Shown one piece after another: positions 1 through 9,383 of a DNA stretch of 64,000 nucleotides (position 1 is its first letter; each line of letters opens with the position of its first letter). The stretch spans positions 32,001-96,000 of the forward strand of contig JBQLZK010000007.1 in assembly GCA_052168235.1 (NCBI GenBank), read 5' to 3'. Under the pieces are notes generated by a model. The model had not been told where the DNA came from. It did not search any database and saw only the letters and a list, made by a program, of their open reading frames with translations. This stretch comes from Thainema sp. (GTDB lineage Bacteria; Cyanobacteriota; Cyanobacteriia; Phormidesmidales; Phormidesmidaceae). The translations under genes were made by a program, and so were the position numbers.

Positions 1-417
1 GCAAATTCCATCAAGACATTTATTAGTGAGATTGGCATTTTTGGCAAAGAACCTGCGATCGCAACTGTCCAATCAGCATTGATGAATCGTCGCTACCAGA
101 CAAACCGGGATCTGATCCCAGTTGAAATCTGGGACGTGCTGCAAACGGCAAAAGGAACCGAGTCGTGGAAATCGCTAGCAACTCGTGCAGGACTTCAAGG
201 CACCAGCAATATTCACGTTGGTCAGCGGGCGCTCAGTCGCGATCGCTTATTTGCACTGGCAACCGTGCTGGAACATCGGGAACTACAGGATATTGCTACT
301 AGCGATGTGTACTGGGATGAAATTGTCGCCATTGAACCCCAGGGAGAAAAGCAGGTTTATGACCTGACTATTCCAGAAACCCACAACTTCGTCGCCAACG
401 ACATCTGTGTTCACAAC
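1..417 (+). mobile_element. C-terminal part of intein 1 in the DnaB Walker A (GK|T) site; probably endonuclease-containing
   Basis: Ends [21 protein letters not shown] followed by T (+1 nucleophile) and SFVLNIAR. The preceding FISEIGIFG...TNRDLIP segment is typical of the end of a LAGLIDADG region. The N-terminus lies outside the window. Confidence 0.9.
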
Positions 418-1623
418 ACCAGCTTTGTACTCAACATTGCTCGTAATATTGCCGCATTCCATAAGTTACCCGTGGCGGTCTATAGCTTAGAGATGTCAAA
501 AGAGCAGCTCGTTTACCGGATGCTGTCAAGCGAGGTGCAAATCGAGAGCGGTCGCCTACGCGCCGGACGGATTAGCCAAAACGAGTGGGAACCTCTCGGA
601 CACGGTATTAGTGGCCTGTCGCAGTTACCGATTTTTATTGACGATACACCCAATATTTCTGTGACCGAAATGCGCTCAAAAGCGCGTCGCCTTCAGGCAG
701 AGTCGGGTGGCGCATTGGGTTTAATCTTGATTGACTATCTACAGCTCATGGAAGGCTCCGGTGATAACCGGGTACAGGAACTGTCGAAAATAACGCGATC
801 GCTAAAAGGGATGGCACGAGAATTAAATGTGCCTGTAATTGCCCTATCTCAGCTCAGCCGAGGTGTTGAATCACGTACCAATAAACGCCCAATGATGAGC
901 GACCTACGAGAATGCGTCACGGGTGACACGCTTGTGGTGCTGGCTGATGGTCGTCGAATGCCGATTCAAGAGTTGGTTGGCACAACCCCTGAAGTGATCA
1001 GCATGGACGCTAAGGGTAAATTGGTTAAAGCCGAGTCTGATTTAGTCTGGGCTGTTGGTCGTAAACCAATCTATGAGTTAAAGACTCGCAGCGGTAAAGT
1101 TCTCCGAGCAACCGCACAACATCGGCTCTATACCCTAGATGGTTGGCAGAGACTACAAGATCTGAAGCTTGGTCATCGGATTGCGGTTGCAAGGCAATTG
1201 CCAGAACCTTGTGCTAGCGGTAGCGCTCATTTCAAATTTGCGCCTTCTCGTACTGTCGTTGCGAATTATGCAGAACTGCTCAACAGCACTGCTTTGGCAG
1301 ACTTAGCTACAACTGATCTGTTCTGGGATGAAATTGTCTCCATTGAACCCGCTGATGAAGAGATGGTTTATGACCTGACGGTTCCAGAAACCTCATCTTG
1401 GCTAGCGGATGGACTTGTCTCTCACAACTCAGGTGCGATTGAGCAAGATGCAGACCTGATCATGATGCTGTATCGAGAAGAATATTACGATCCAGATACC
1501 CCCGATCGCGGTATTGCCGAGGTAATCATTACCAAGCACCGGAATGGCCCAGTCGGCACCGTGCGCTTGCTATTTGAGCCGCAGTTTACGCTGTTCCGTA
1601 ATCTGGCTGCGAGTCGGAGTTAA
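1..1623 (+). CDS. dnaB: Replicative DNA helicase DnaB, 5'-partial, interrupted by two inteins
   Basis: Frame is open from base 1. Extein motifs [50 protein letters not shown] and KHRNGPVG. Confidence 0.97.
   Translation, partial: ANSIKTFISEIGIFGKEPAIATVQSALMNRRYQTNRDLIPVEIWDVLQTAKGTESWKSLATRAGLQGTSNIHVGQRALSRDRLFALATVLEHRELQDIATSDVYWDEIVAIEPQGEKQVYDLTIPETHNFVANDICVHNTSFVLNIARNIAAFHKLPVAVYSLEMSKEQLVYRMLSSEVQIESGRLRAGRISQNEWEPLGHGISGLSQLPIFIDDTPNISVTEMRSKARRLQAESGGALGLILIDYLQLMEGSGDNRVQELSKITRSLKGMARELNVPVIALSQLSRGVESRTNKRPMMSDLRECVTGDTLVVLADGRRMPIQELVGTTPEVISMDAKGKLVKAESDLVWAVGRKPIYELKTRSGKVLRATAQHRLYTLDGWQRLQDLKLGHRIAVARQLPEPCASGSAHFKFAPSRTVVANYAELLNSTALADLATTDLFWDEIVSIEPADEEMVYDLTVPETSSWLADGLVSHNSGAIEQDADLIMMLYREEYYDPDTPDRGIAEVIITKHRNGPVGTVRLLFEPQFTLFRNLAASRS
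913..1428 (+). mobile_element. Intein 2, a 172-aa mini-intein in the DnaB SDLRE|SG site
   Basis: Starts CVTGDTLV, has block B ATAQHRL, ends [21 protein letters not shown] followed by S. Too short to hold a homing endonuclease. Confidence 0.95.
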
Positions 1624-1662
1624 TCGCAGTTGCAATGAAGCCAACATAAGCGAGGCTTAGCG

Positions 1663-2118
1663 ATGGTGAAAGGTACAGAGGTTAATCAGTTCAACCTATA
1701 CCATGCCGACTATCTCAAGTGGATTGAGGCAACAGTTGAGCAGTTGCAGCGTCGCGACTACGCCAGCGTTGACTGGGAGAATGTGATTGAGGAATTTAAG
1801 GAGATGGCGCGACGGGATCGCCAAGCTTTGGAGAGCAATCTCGTCGTGGTTTTGACGCATTTGCTGAAGTGGCAGTATCAGCCTCAACATCGCAGCGGTA
1901 GCTGGCATGGCAGCACCGTTGAACATCGCAGACGAATTCGCAAACTCCTGCGCGATTCTCCCAGCCTTAAGCCTTACCTAACAGAGGTATTTGCCGAATG
2001 CTATGCCGATGCGGTGGAGCAGACCAGCGCGGAAACGGAATTGTTCGCCGATACGTTTCCAGAATCCTGTCCATATTCGGTTGTAGACGTTTTAGACTCC
2101 AGATTTTTACCAAGCTGA
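1663..2118 (+). CDS. DUF29 family protein
   Basis: LYHADYLKW...VDWENVIEE...HLLKWQYQP...SW...EHR...SPSLK...FPESCPY pattern. Confidence 0.9.
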   Translation: MVKGTEVNQFNLYHADYLKWIEATVEQLQRRDYASVDWENVIEEFKEMARRDRQALESNLVVVLTHLLKWQYQPQHRSGSWHGSTVEHRRRIRKLLRDSPSLKPYLTEVFAECYADAVEQTSAETELFADTFPESCPYSVVDVLDSRFLPS

Positions 2119-2139
2119 TTACTTCGATGTAATGAGGTT

Positions 2140-2183
2140 TATTTTTGTGAGAGGCTGCGTTCTGCGCGGCTTCTCACGAAATA
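2140..2183. repeat. Imperfect palindrome between convergent genes (terminator/REP-like)
   Basis: tatttttgtgagaggctgcg...cgcggcttctcacgaaata. Confidence 0.6.
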
Positions 2184-2200
2184 GCCTTTCGAACTGAGAA

Positions 2201-3727
2201 CTACTGCATACGGTCAATCGTGCGGTATTGAATTGCTTCCGCGACGTGGTGTGCTTGGAGATCTGCTACGCCTTCCAAATCAGCAATTGTGCGGGAAACC
2301 TTGAGAATGCGATCGGTGGCACGGGCAGAGAGACCAAGTTTGCGAATCGCATTTTCCAGTAGTGTGCGAGACGTATCATCAAGGGCACACCACTTGCGGA
2401 TGTGACGGCTCTGCATTTCGGCGTTGCACTGGATCGGTTCATCCTGAAATCGCTGACGGGTGAGATCGCGGGCGGCCTGAACGCGATCGCGTATGGGTCG
2501 TGAGGGTTCACCTTGGGGTTGCTGGGTCATTTCCTCCGGTTTTAAACGATTGACCATCACCTGCAAGTCAATCCGATCCATCAGCGGCCCGGACAGCTTG
2601 GCCCAGTATTGCTCTCGACCGCGTGGTGTACAGGTACAAGCCTGCACCGTATCACCAAAGTAGCCGCAGGGACAGGGGTTGGTGCTGGCAATCAGGGTAA
2701 ACTGGGCCGGAAACTGGACAGTTTGGCGAGTGCGGGAAATTGTCACCATGCCGTCTTCTAGTGGCTGGCGCAGGAATTCCAATACGTCTCGCTTAAACTC
2801 GGTCAGCTCATCCAGAAACAGCACCCCACGATGGGCCAGAGAAATCTCACCCGGTTTAGGAAAGCTGCCGCCACCAACGAGGGAAGGGCCAGAGGCCGAG
2901 TGGTGCGGACTGCGAAAGGGTCGCTGACTGACCAAGCTGCCGCGATCGCGCAATAAACCCGCTACGGAATGCACCTGGGTCACCTCCAGCGCTTCAGCAA
3001 AGTTGAGCGGTGGCAAGATCCCCGGTAAGCGCCGCGCCAGCATGGTTTTACCGCTCCCAGGAGGACCGACAAATATTAAATTATGACCTCCGGCAGCGGC
3101 AATTTCGAGCGCTCGTCTCGCTTGAGCTTGACCTTTGACATCTTTCAAGTCGAGAACATTGAGTTGCGATCGCACCAGCTCTTTTTCGCCATCCAGTTGA
3201 ATCGGCTGATGCTGATGGGGATTATTCAGTAAATCGGCCACGTCTGAGAGGTGTTTGCAGCCGTATACGTCTAAGCCTTTAACCACAGCAGCTTCCAGGG
3301 CATTATCTTTGGGTACCACTAACCCTTTGATACCGAGTTGTTTCGCGGTAGCTGCGATCGCAAGTACGCCTGCCACAGGTCGCAAGCTGCCGTCAAGGGA
3401 GAGTTCACCCAGAAACAGGTAATCACCGAGTAGGAGCGGACTGACCTGTTCAGAAGCGGCAAGAACGGCGACGCTGATCGGCAAATCAAAGCTGGGGCCT
3501 TCTTTACGCAAGTCGGCAGGGGTAAGGTTAATTACAATCTTCCGCATCGGGAAGACGTAACCGGAATTCTTGAGTGCGGCTTTGACTCGTTCGCGGGCTT
3601 CTTGAACGGCGGTATCGGGTAGGCCAACGACGACGATGCCAGGGAGTCCACCGGATACGTCCACTTCTACGCCAACTTTAACGGCCTCAATCCCAATCAG
3701 CGATGCGCTCCACGTTCTAGCCAGCAT
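2201..3727 (-). CDS. comM: YifB/ComM family Mg-chelatase-like AAA+ ATPase
   Basis: GLPDTAVQEARERV, NLTPADLRKEG, GPPGSGKTMLA, PHHSAS, GVLFLDE, NPCPCGY. Confidence 0.93.
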   Translation of the reverse strand: MLARTWSASLIGIEAVKVGVEVDVSGGLPGIVVVGLPDTAVQEARERVKAALKNSGYVFPMRKIVINLTPADLRKEGPSFDLPISVAVLAASEQVSPLLLGDYLFLGELSLDGSLRPVAGVLAIAATAKQLGIKGLVVPKDNALEAAVVKGLDVYGCKHLSDVADLLNNPHQHQPIQLDGEKELVRSQLNVLDLKDVKGQAQARRALEIAAAGGHNLIFVGPPGSGKTMLARRLPGILPPLNFAEALEVTQVHSVAGLLRDRGSLVSQRPFRSPHHSASGPSLVGGGSFPKPGEISLAHRGVLFLDELTEFKRDVLEFLRQPLEDGMVTISRTRQTVQFPAQFTLIASTNPCPCGYFGDTVQACTCTPRGREQYWAKLSGPLMDRIDLQVMVNRLKPEEMTQQPQGEPSRPIRDRVQAARDLTRQRFQDEPIQCNAEMQSRHIRKWCALDDTSRTLLENAIRKLGLSARATDRILKVSRTIADLEGVADLQAHHVAEAIQYRTIDRMQ

Positions 3728-3894
3728 AGATTTTTAGACACCCTGTTAATGACGCGAGAGTGGTCAACCGCTCGCAATTTGCTCTTTTAGTAGAGTGCCC
3801 TACTGGTGTGGGGAAGCAACAGCCAAATCTGTTTCTATAGTTGATTCGAGTGCAACATATTTTATAGCCATCTTGCAAGAAACCTTAGAAGATC

Positions 3895-4272
3895 TCACGA
3901 TTTATTTTCTTGACGAAGAATATCTTTAATTGCTTTAGCATCTTTCAAAGCTTGCTTGCTTTTGCTGATGTAATTATTTAGACAGTTATCTTCATAATCT
4001 GCATCGTTTCGACTTCCTCTAAGACGACCAAGCCACTCTCCTGCACGTTGAAGTTCCCTATTACTACTGCTCTGCAAACTGGTAATCACATCACGATGGA
4101 CATTAGCATCTTTGTTTTGCATACCTAAGTGGCTTCTAGCCACACAAAAAGCAGAATAATAAGCTCTACTTATTGATGAGCGAGCTTTTGCTTCTCGTCT
4201 TTCTTCCTTTTTTTGGCTATCTAGAAATAATTCATTGGCCACTTCAAGATAGTCGTCCCAATCAAATTTCAT
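3895..4272 (-). CDS. HEPN domain protein (RxxADY type)
   Basis: FDWDDYLEVA...RSSISRAYYSAF...H...LRGSRNDADY. Start overlaps the upstream ORF by 11 nt. Confidence 0.85.
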   Translation of the reverse strand: MKFDWDDYLEVANELFLDSQKKEERREAKARSSISRAYYSAFCVARSHLGMQNKDANVHRDVITSLQSSSNRELQRAGEWLGRLRGSRNDADYEDNCLNNYISKSKQALKDAKAIKDILRQENKS

Positions 4273-4906
4273 GGAATTCTAAATCTATTGAAACCACTTG
4301 TCTAATCTCAAAAGGAACATCTAACCACCACTGTTCATCTAGCTCATCTAGCTTACATAAATACTTATCAAACTTTTCGCAATCTGGATCAGTAGTTACT
4401 TGAACAGGAATTTTAATCCATAATTTTTCCCATGCCTGAACTTCAGGATCTACTACATGTTCTAACTGCAAACGGATATTTGGGAAAAAAGATCTTATTT
4501 TTGTTTTGGCATCAATCAAAAAACCAACAAGTTTAGCCTCTCTTGAGACAAAATCAAAGATCTCAGTGGCATTTATCAAATTAAAATTTTGGCTTATAAT
4601 CTCATGAATTCTCGTCGATTTATTATAGACAGGTTCTTCTAATAGAATATTTAGCTTATTTGAGAAAACCTCTAAATCTTCTGATTTATAGCTCAGAGAG
4701 AACAAAGATAGTCTCTCTATACTTCGCGCAGTGTAAAAAGCTTCCAAAATTCGTGATACTGTATCGTGAGAGGATGCCGTTACTGACCTTGACATCAAGC
4801 CTGACTTACTTCTATACTTGGTCACTTTGGAAATATTTGTCACTTTTTTGCTGTCATCTTGCTTCCCAAAATCGGGTTTACTACCAATTGTATATTTCCT
4901 ATTCAT
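4262..4906 (-). CDS. Uncharacterised protein coupled to the HEPN gene (possible antitoxin/partner)
   Basis: 214-aa ORF in AT-rich DNA. C-terminal FFP..LQLE...DPE...LWI.I...LDELDEQWW pattern is one I recall upstream of this HEPN type. Stop overlaps the HEPN start. Confidence 0.7.
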   Translation of the reverse strand: MNRKYTIGSKPDFGKQDDSKKVTNISKVTKYRSKSGLMSRSVTASSHDTVSRILEAFYTARSIERLSLFSLSYKSEDLEVFSNKLNILLEEPVYNKSTRIHEIISQNFNLINATEIFDFVSREAKLVGFLIDAKTKIRSFFPNIRLQLEHVVDPEVQAWEKLWIKIPVQVTTDPDCEKFDKYLCKLDELDEQWWLDVPFEIRQVVSIDLEFHEI

Positions 4907-4919
4907 AGATCATGCCTCA

Positions 4920-5618
4920 CTAATCTTCTGCCTTAGAATCAGATCTGTCTGAAACGAGTAGAATATGCGAATCTTTCAAATAATTTTCCAGTGCAAACTC
5001 TTTAGCTTCTGCCTGATCAATAGCTTCTCTAAGAATCTGTAAATCATTGAAGTCAAGTGCTAAGAATATCTCTTTGGCAGATTCAAAGTCCCTATATTCA
5101 ATTTTTAGCGAATGTACAATGATAGCTTTATCGAAATGGTATGATTTCCCACCAGAGAAAATAGGTCTTATATCAGTTGTTATATTTACATCTGTCATCA
5201 ACCGCTCATTTTCCAAGGCGGCTTTAATGGATTTCACCGATATGTCAATACTTTCTCCATGCTTTAATATCAGTGATAATCTTTCTTTGAAAATTTGCAC
5301 ATATTCACCTGCATTCTCATAATTAAGAAAGACAGATTTAGCAGCAGTATCAACCCAGAAATTATCATCTGTTTCACCTTGGCTACTAGAAAAAATATTA
5401 TCTTTCGCTGCAAAAAATGCGATCACAGAATCTAAGATTATTTGAGCTTCTCCTATATCCAATTCAGAATCATCGAGATCTTCAACGGTGATTTGGGGAG
5501 AGCGAAATCCTGGACTTAATTTTTTTATAGAAGAAAGTAAATCGTTAAATTCTGATTCAGTTATTGAAGCTAGTTTTTCGAAACCTGCCTTATGTTGATC
5601 CGGAATCCTAAAAGTCAT
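4920..5618 (-). CDS. Uncharacterised protein with a helical N-domain and COMM-domain-like C-terminus
   Basis: Likely start ATG 5618 (MTFRIPDQ; ORF track starts at 5705). C-terminus reads as beta-beta-beta-alpha: LMTDVNITTDIRPIF / KAIIVHSLKIEY / EIFLALD / FNDLQILREAIDQAEAKEFAL. Confidence 0.65.
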   Translation of the reverse strand: MTFRIPDQHKAGFEKLASITESEFNDLLSSIKKLSPGFRSPQITVEDLDDSELDIGEAQIILDSVIAFFAAKDNIFSSSQGETDDNFWVDTAAKSVFLNYENAGEYVQIFKERLSLILKHGESIDISVKSIKAALENERLMTDVNITTDIRPIFSGGKSYHFDKAIIVHSLKIEYRDFESAKEIFLALDFNDLQILREAIDQAEAKEFALENYLKDSHILLVSDRSDSKAED

Positions 5619-5815
5619 AGCTAAAGTAAGCTTAATAATTGGTTTGTATACTATATATAGAGGTTTGGTGGGACTAAAAACGCTACTCGTAGTATGAGAC
5701 TTCAATTTTTGCTAATGCTTATGAAGCTAACATCTAGCCTAACCTACCAGTCAATTTTTTGAGAATAAATAAATGTCGTTTATCCTGCAAAGGAGATTCA
5801 GTAGAGACGTAAACC

Positions 5816-6383
5816 ATGTCCATCTCATCACGGATGCAAGCCGTTCAGTCGCCAATTATTCCCATTGTGGGAGAACTTATTCGGCAGCATCCCGGCACCA
5901 TTTCATTGGGCCAAGGTGTTGTCTCCTATCCGCCGCCGCCCGAAAGCATCGCCATGCTGACTAGCTTTGCTGCCGATCCGGCGAACCATCTCTACAAAGC
6001 CGTTAAGGGGATTCCGCCGCTGCTGGAGGTGATTCGCGCCAAGCTGGAAACCGATAACGGCATCGAGCTGACTGACGATCAGCGCATTGTCGCCACCGCA
6101 GGCAGCAACATGGCCTTTATGAATGTGGTACTAGCCATCACCTCACCTGGCAATGAAATTATTCTGCAAACGCCTTACTATTTCAATCATGAAATGGCGA
6201 TCGCAGTTTCTGGATGTGAAGCGATCTGTGTACTCACCGATGATCAGTATCACTTGAGATTGGATGCGATCGCATAAGCCATCACGCCCCAAACCAAAGC
6301 GGATGAAGCCTATGAGTACTTCACCTACGATGAAGTGCCCCGCATTTCTCCCGGTCGGACGGCCAACAGTCAAGAACACATAT
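5816..6383 (+). pseudogene. Class I/II PLP-dependent aminotransferase pseudogene
   Basis: TISLGQG, TAGSNMAF and PYYFNHEM, then in-frame TAA at 6275-6277. It continues AITPQTKA|DEAYEYFTY with the SPNNPTG region missing, and ends before the PLP lysine motif. Confidence 0.85.
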
Positions 6384-7928
6384 CTAATGTCCCGCCATTT
6401 TTTGACCAATCTCGTTTAGATCGGCATCGTGAATCGTACTTTCGTAGACGAATTCGCCTTCGCTGATTACCACTAGCCGATCCGCCAGGGTTAGCAATTC
6501 ATCCAAATCTTCACTGACCAGCAGCACAGCCACACCGCGATTTCGCGCTTCCACAATCGAGTGGTGAATAAAATCAACCGCTGAAAAATCTAGACCAAAG
6601 CAGGGATTCGCCGCAATCAGCAACTGGATGTCCTCTGACGATAACTCCCGCGCCAGTACCGTCCGCTGCACGTTGCCACCAGACAGATTACCCACGGGAG
6701 TATCCGGCGATGGCGTCTTTACTGAAAAAGTTTGAATTAAGCCCGTCGCCATTTCCCGAATCACCCGCCAAATCAGCCAGCCCGCTTTCGACTGGGGCGG
6801 ACGGTCAAACGTTCGCAGCGCCATGTTCTCAGCCACACTCATGTGCGGCACACAGGCATTGCGTAGTGGTTCCTCCGGCAGGGCAAACACTCGATGGCGG
6901 AACATCTCTTCACGAGTTGCACCATAGGATTCACCGTTGACCAGCACTTCGCCTTTCGTTTGCGATCGCTGTCCCGACAGTACCTCCACTAACTCCTTTT
7001 GACCATTACCGGATACGCCCGCAATGCCGACAATTTCGCCAGCATGTACCGTTAAATTAATATCTGCGATCGCAGGTAAACCATTTTCTTTATTGGCGCA
7101 AAGATGGCGAATCTCCAGCACAGGCTTTTGCTCAGCTTGATCTGCTTTGGGAACGCTCTTAGTTTCACGCTCCTCGCCTAGCATCATCTGCGCCATATCT
7201 TCAATACTGAGATTCTTGACAATGCCCTGACCCGCTAGCGTACCGCGTCGCAGCACCGTCACCTCATCCGTGAAGGCCATCACTTCCCGAAACTTGTGAG
7301 TAATCAGCAACACGCTCAGCTTGCCAGCGGTGACTTCTTCTCGGATTAGCCCCAGCACCTCATCGGCTTCACCGGGAGTCAGTACCGAAGTAGGTTCATC
7401 CAAAATTAGAATTCGACTTTTCAGGTAAAGCTGCTTGAGAATTTCCAGCTTTTGCTTTTGGCCGGCAGCAAGTTGGCCGACGGGCGTTTTCAGATCAACC
7501 TGAAACGGTGACGACGCCATGAACGCTTCCAGCGCTTCGTACTCCTGCTTCCAGTTAATAATCGTGCTGGTGTCGTAGCGCGAGAGGACTAAATTTTCCG
7601 CCACGGTCATAGCCGGGACAGAGGTAAAGTGCTGATACACCATGCCGATGCCGTGCTCATGGGCATCTTTGGGACTGCGGATCGTTTTGGCCTGCTGGTT
7701 GACTTTGATCTCGCCAGACGTCGGACTGTAAAAGCCCATGACGCATTTCACCAGCGTACTTTTGCCGGCTCCGTTTTCGCCTAGCAGAGCATGAAACGTA
7801 CCGGGCTTTAACGTCATCGACACCTGATCGAGTGCGACCAAACTGCCAAACCGCTTGGTCATATTGACAATTTCTAATTCCGGTGGAGCGTCAATTTGAA
7901 TAGCCTGTTGAAGGGTTACGGTATCCAT
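6384..7928 (-). CDS. Tandem-domain ABC transporter ATP-binding protein (nucleoside/sugar CUT2 type)
   Basis: GENGAGKST, LILDEPT, second domain GVSGNGQ, LSGGNVQ, VSEDLDEL. Confidence 0.92.
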   Translation of the reverse strand: MDTVTLQQAIQIDAPPELEIVNMTKRFGSLVALDQVSMTLKPGTFHALLGENGAGKSTLVKCVMGFYSPTSGEIKVNQQAKTIRSPKDAHEHGIGMVYQHFTSVPAMTVAENLVLSRYDTSTIINWKQEYEALEAFMASSPFQVDLKTPVGQLAAGQKQKLEILKQLYLKSRILILDEPTSVLTPGEADEVLGLIREEVTAGKLSVLLITHKFREVMAFTDEVTVLRRGTLAGQGIVKNLSIEDMAQMMLGEERETKSVPKADQAEQKPVLEIRHLCANKENGLPAIADINLTVHAGEIVGIAGVSGNGQKELVEVLSGQRSQTKGEVLVNGESYGATREEMFRHRVFALPEEPLRNACVPHMSVAENMALRTFDRPPQSKAGWLIWRVIREMATGLIQTFSVKTPSPDTPVGNLSGGNVQRTVLARELSSEDIQLLIAANPCFGLDFSAVDFIHHSIVEARNRGVAVLLVSEDLDELLTLADRLVVISEGEFVYESTIHDADLNEIGQKMAGH

Positions 7929-7936
7929 ATCTTTCC

Positions 7937-8617
7937 CTAGATGATCGCCTCAATCAGATCGGTGGACTCTGCCACAGCACCAAAAACGCCACCCTGCATC
8001 TTAACCATTTTTAGCGCCGCTAAATGATTACCATAATCAGTTGCGCCCGTGCAGTCTGATAACAGCAAACATTCGTAGCCCCGGTCGTTGGCATCACGCA
8101 TGGTGGTGTGGACGCAAACATCGGTTGTAATGCCCGTCAGAATCAGGTTTTGAATGCCCCGACGATGCAGGACTAAATCCAGATCGGTCGCATAAAACGA
8201 CCCTTTACCCGGTTTATCAATTACGACTTCTCCCTCTAGCGGAGCCAGTTCGGGAATAATCTCCCAGCCCGGTTCGCCCCGCACCAAAATGCGACCGCAG
8301 GGGCCCGGATCGCCAATGCCCGCTCCAATTTTTTGGCTGCGCCAGCGCTTATTCGCAGGCAAATCGGCCAAGTCCGGACGATGACCTTCGCGGGTATGAA
8401 TAATAAAATAGCCCTGCTGCCGCATCAGGCTGAGCACCGTTTTAATCGGGCCAATCGGCGCACGGGTGAGAGACAGGTCATAGCCCATTTGATCGACATA
8501 GCCACCCAGACCACAAAAATCGGTCTGCATATCAATAATAATTAGGGCCGTATTCTCAGGGCGCAAATTACCGTTATAGGGATAAGGATACGGATCAGCG
8601 TTAACGTAGCGTTCCAT
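7937..8617 (-). CDS. biuH: Cysteine hydrolase (isochorismatase family), biuret amidohydrolase
   Basis: [54 protein letters not shown] and KMQGGVFG closely match BiuH as I recall it. Confidence 0.85.
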   Translation of the reverse strand: MERYVNADPYPYPYNGNLRPENTALIIIDMQTDFCGLGGYVDQMGYDLSLTRAPIGPIKTVLSLMRQQGYFIIHTREGHRPDLADLPANKRWRSQKIGAGIGDPGPCGRILVRGEPGWEIIPELAPLEGEVVIDKPGKGSFYATDLDLVLHRRGIQNLILTGITTDVCVHTTMRDANDRGYECLLLSDCTGATDYGNHLAALKMVKMQGGVFGAVAESTDLIEAII

Positions 8618-8768
8618 GCGTTACTTTTGGAATTGCGTTTGATTGTATAGCGACCCATAGCATTTCTCCCCAAATCAAAAGAGTTATCCACAAACTATTT
8701 TTAGATTTACTGCCTCATTTTTAGTCAGAAGTGCTATAGTTTTCGGGTTGTCTCGTAGACAGTGCATA

Positions 8769-9188
8769 ATGGCACCAACGGCGGAGGAACTGTTTAATTC
8801 CGGTTTAGAGCGGTATCAGGCGGGCGAAGATGCCCAGGAATTGATTCCCGTGTTCAAAGAGGTGTGCGATCGCGCCCCTAAAAACAGTCCGGCATGGACC
8901 TGTTTATCCTGGCTGTATTTGCTAACGGATAAGCCAAACGCGGCCTATAAAGCAGCTCAGCGAGCCGTCAAGCTCAACCCTCAAGATCCCCAAGCGCGAA
9001 TCAATCTGGCGATGGCGATGCTGGAAGCAGGGCAGAAGGGTGTGCGCCAGCATGTGGATACAGCAGGTCAAATTCTGAGCATGGTGCCAGAGCTGCAGGA
9101 GGAAATTGCCCACAATTTTGAAGATGGATTAAGACGTAAACCCGATTGGCCGAGCCTACAGCGTGTTCAAAGCTGGTTAGTTGGCTAG
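8769..9188 (+). CDS. TPR-repeat protein
   Basis: AWTCLSWLYLL...AYKAAQRAVKLNPQDPQARINLA. Likely start ATG 8769. Confidence 0.8.
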   Translation: MAPTAEELFNSGLERYQAGEDAQELIPVFKEVCDRAPKNSPAWTCLSWLYLLTDKPNAAYKAAQRAVKLNPQDPQARINLAMAMLEAGQKGVRQHVDTAGQILSMVPELQEEIAHNFEDGLRRKPDWPSLQRVQSWLVG

Positions 9189-9383
9189 CCCTTGCAATCC
9201 CACAAAGCGTGTCAGGTCAGTCGTTTCCGGTAATAAATCTGGCCTGAACTTTACGATACGCAAAATTTACTTAAATAACTTCATGAGATATCCGAAAATC
9301 TAATGATAAGATTTGGTGAACAAAGAGATGAGGTTTCCTTTTAACTCGTCTTAAACTTGTTAATCTTATGGGGTTAGGTCATT

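Noticed and set aside
2201..3727. comM interrupted by an integrated element
   Set aside because: The ORF is intact; the AT-rich island lies upstream of it, and I saw no att repeats or integrase.
8684..8692. Perfect DnaA box TTATCCACA
   Set aside because: Single copy with no cluster; one 9-mer match in 64 kb is compatible with chance.
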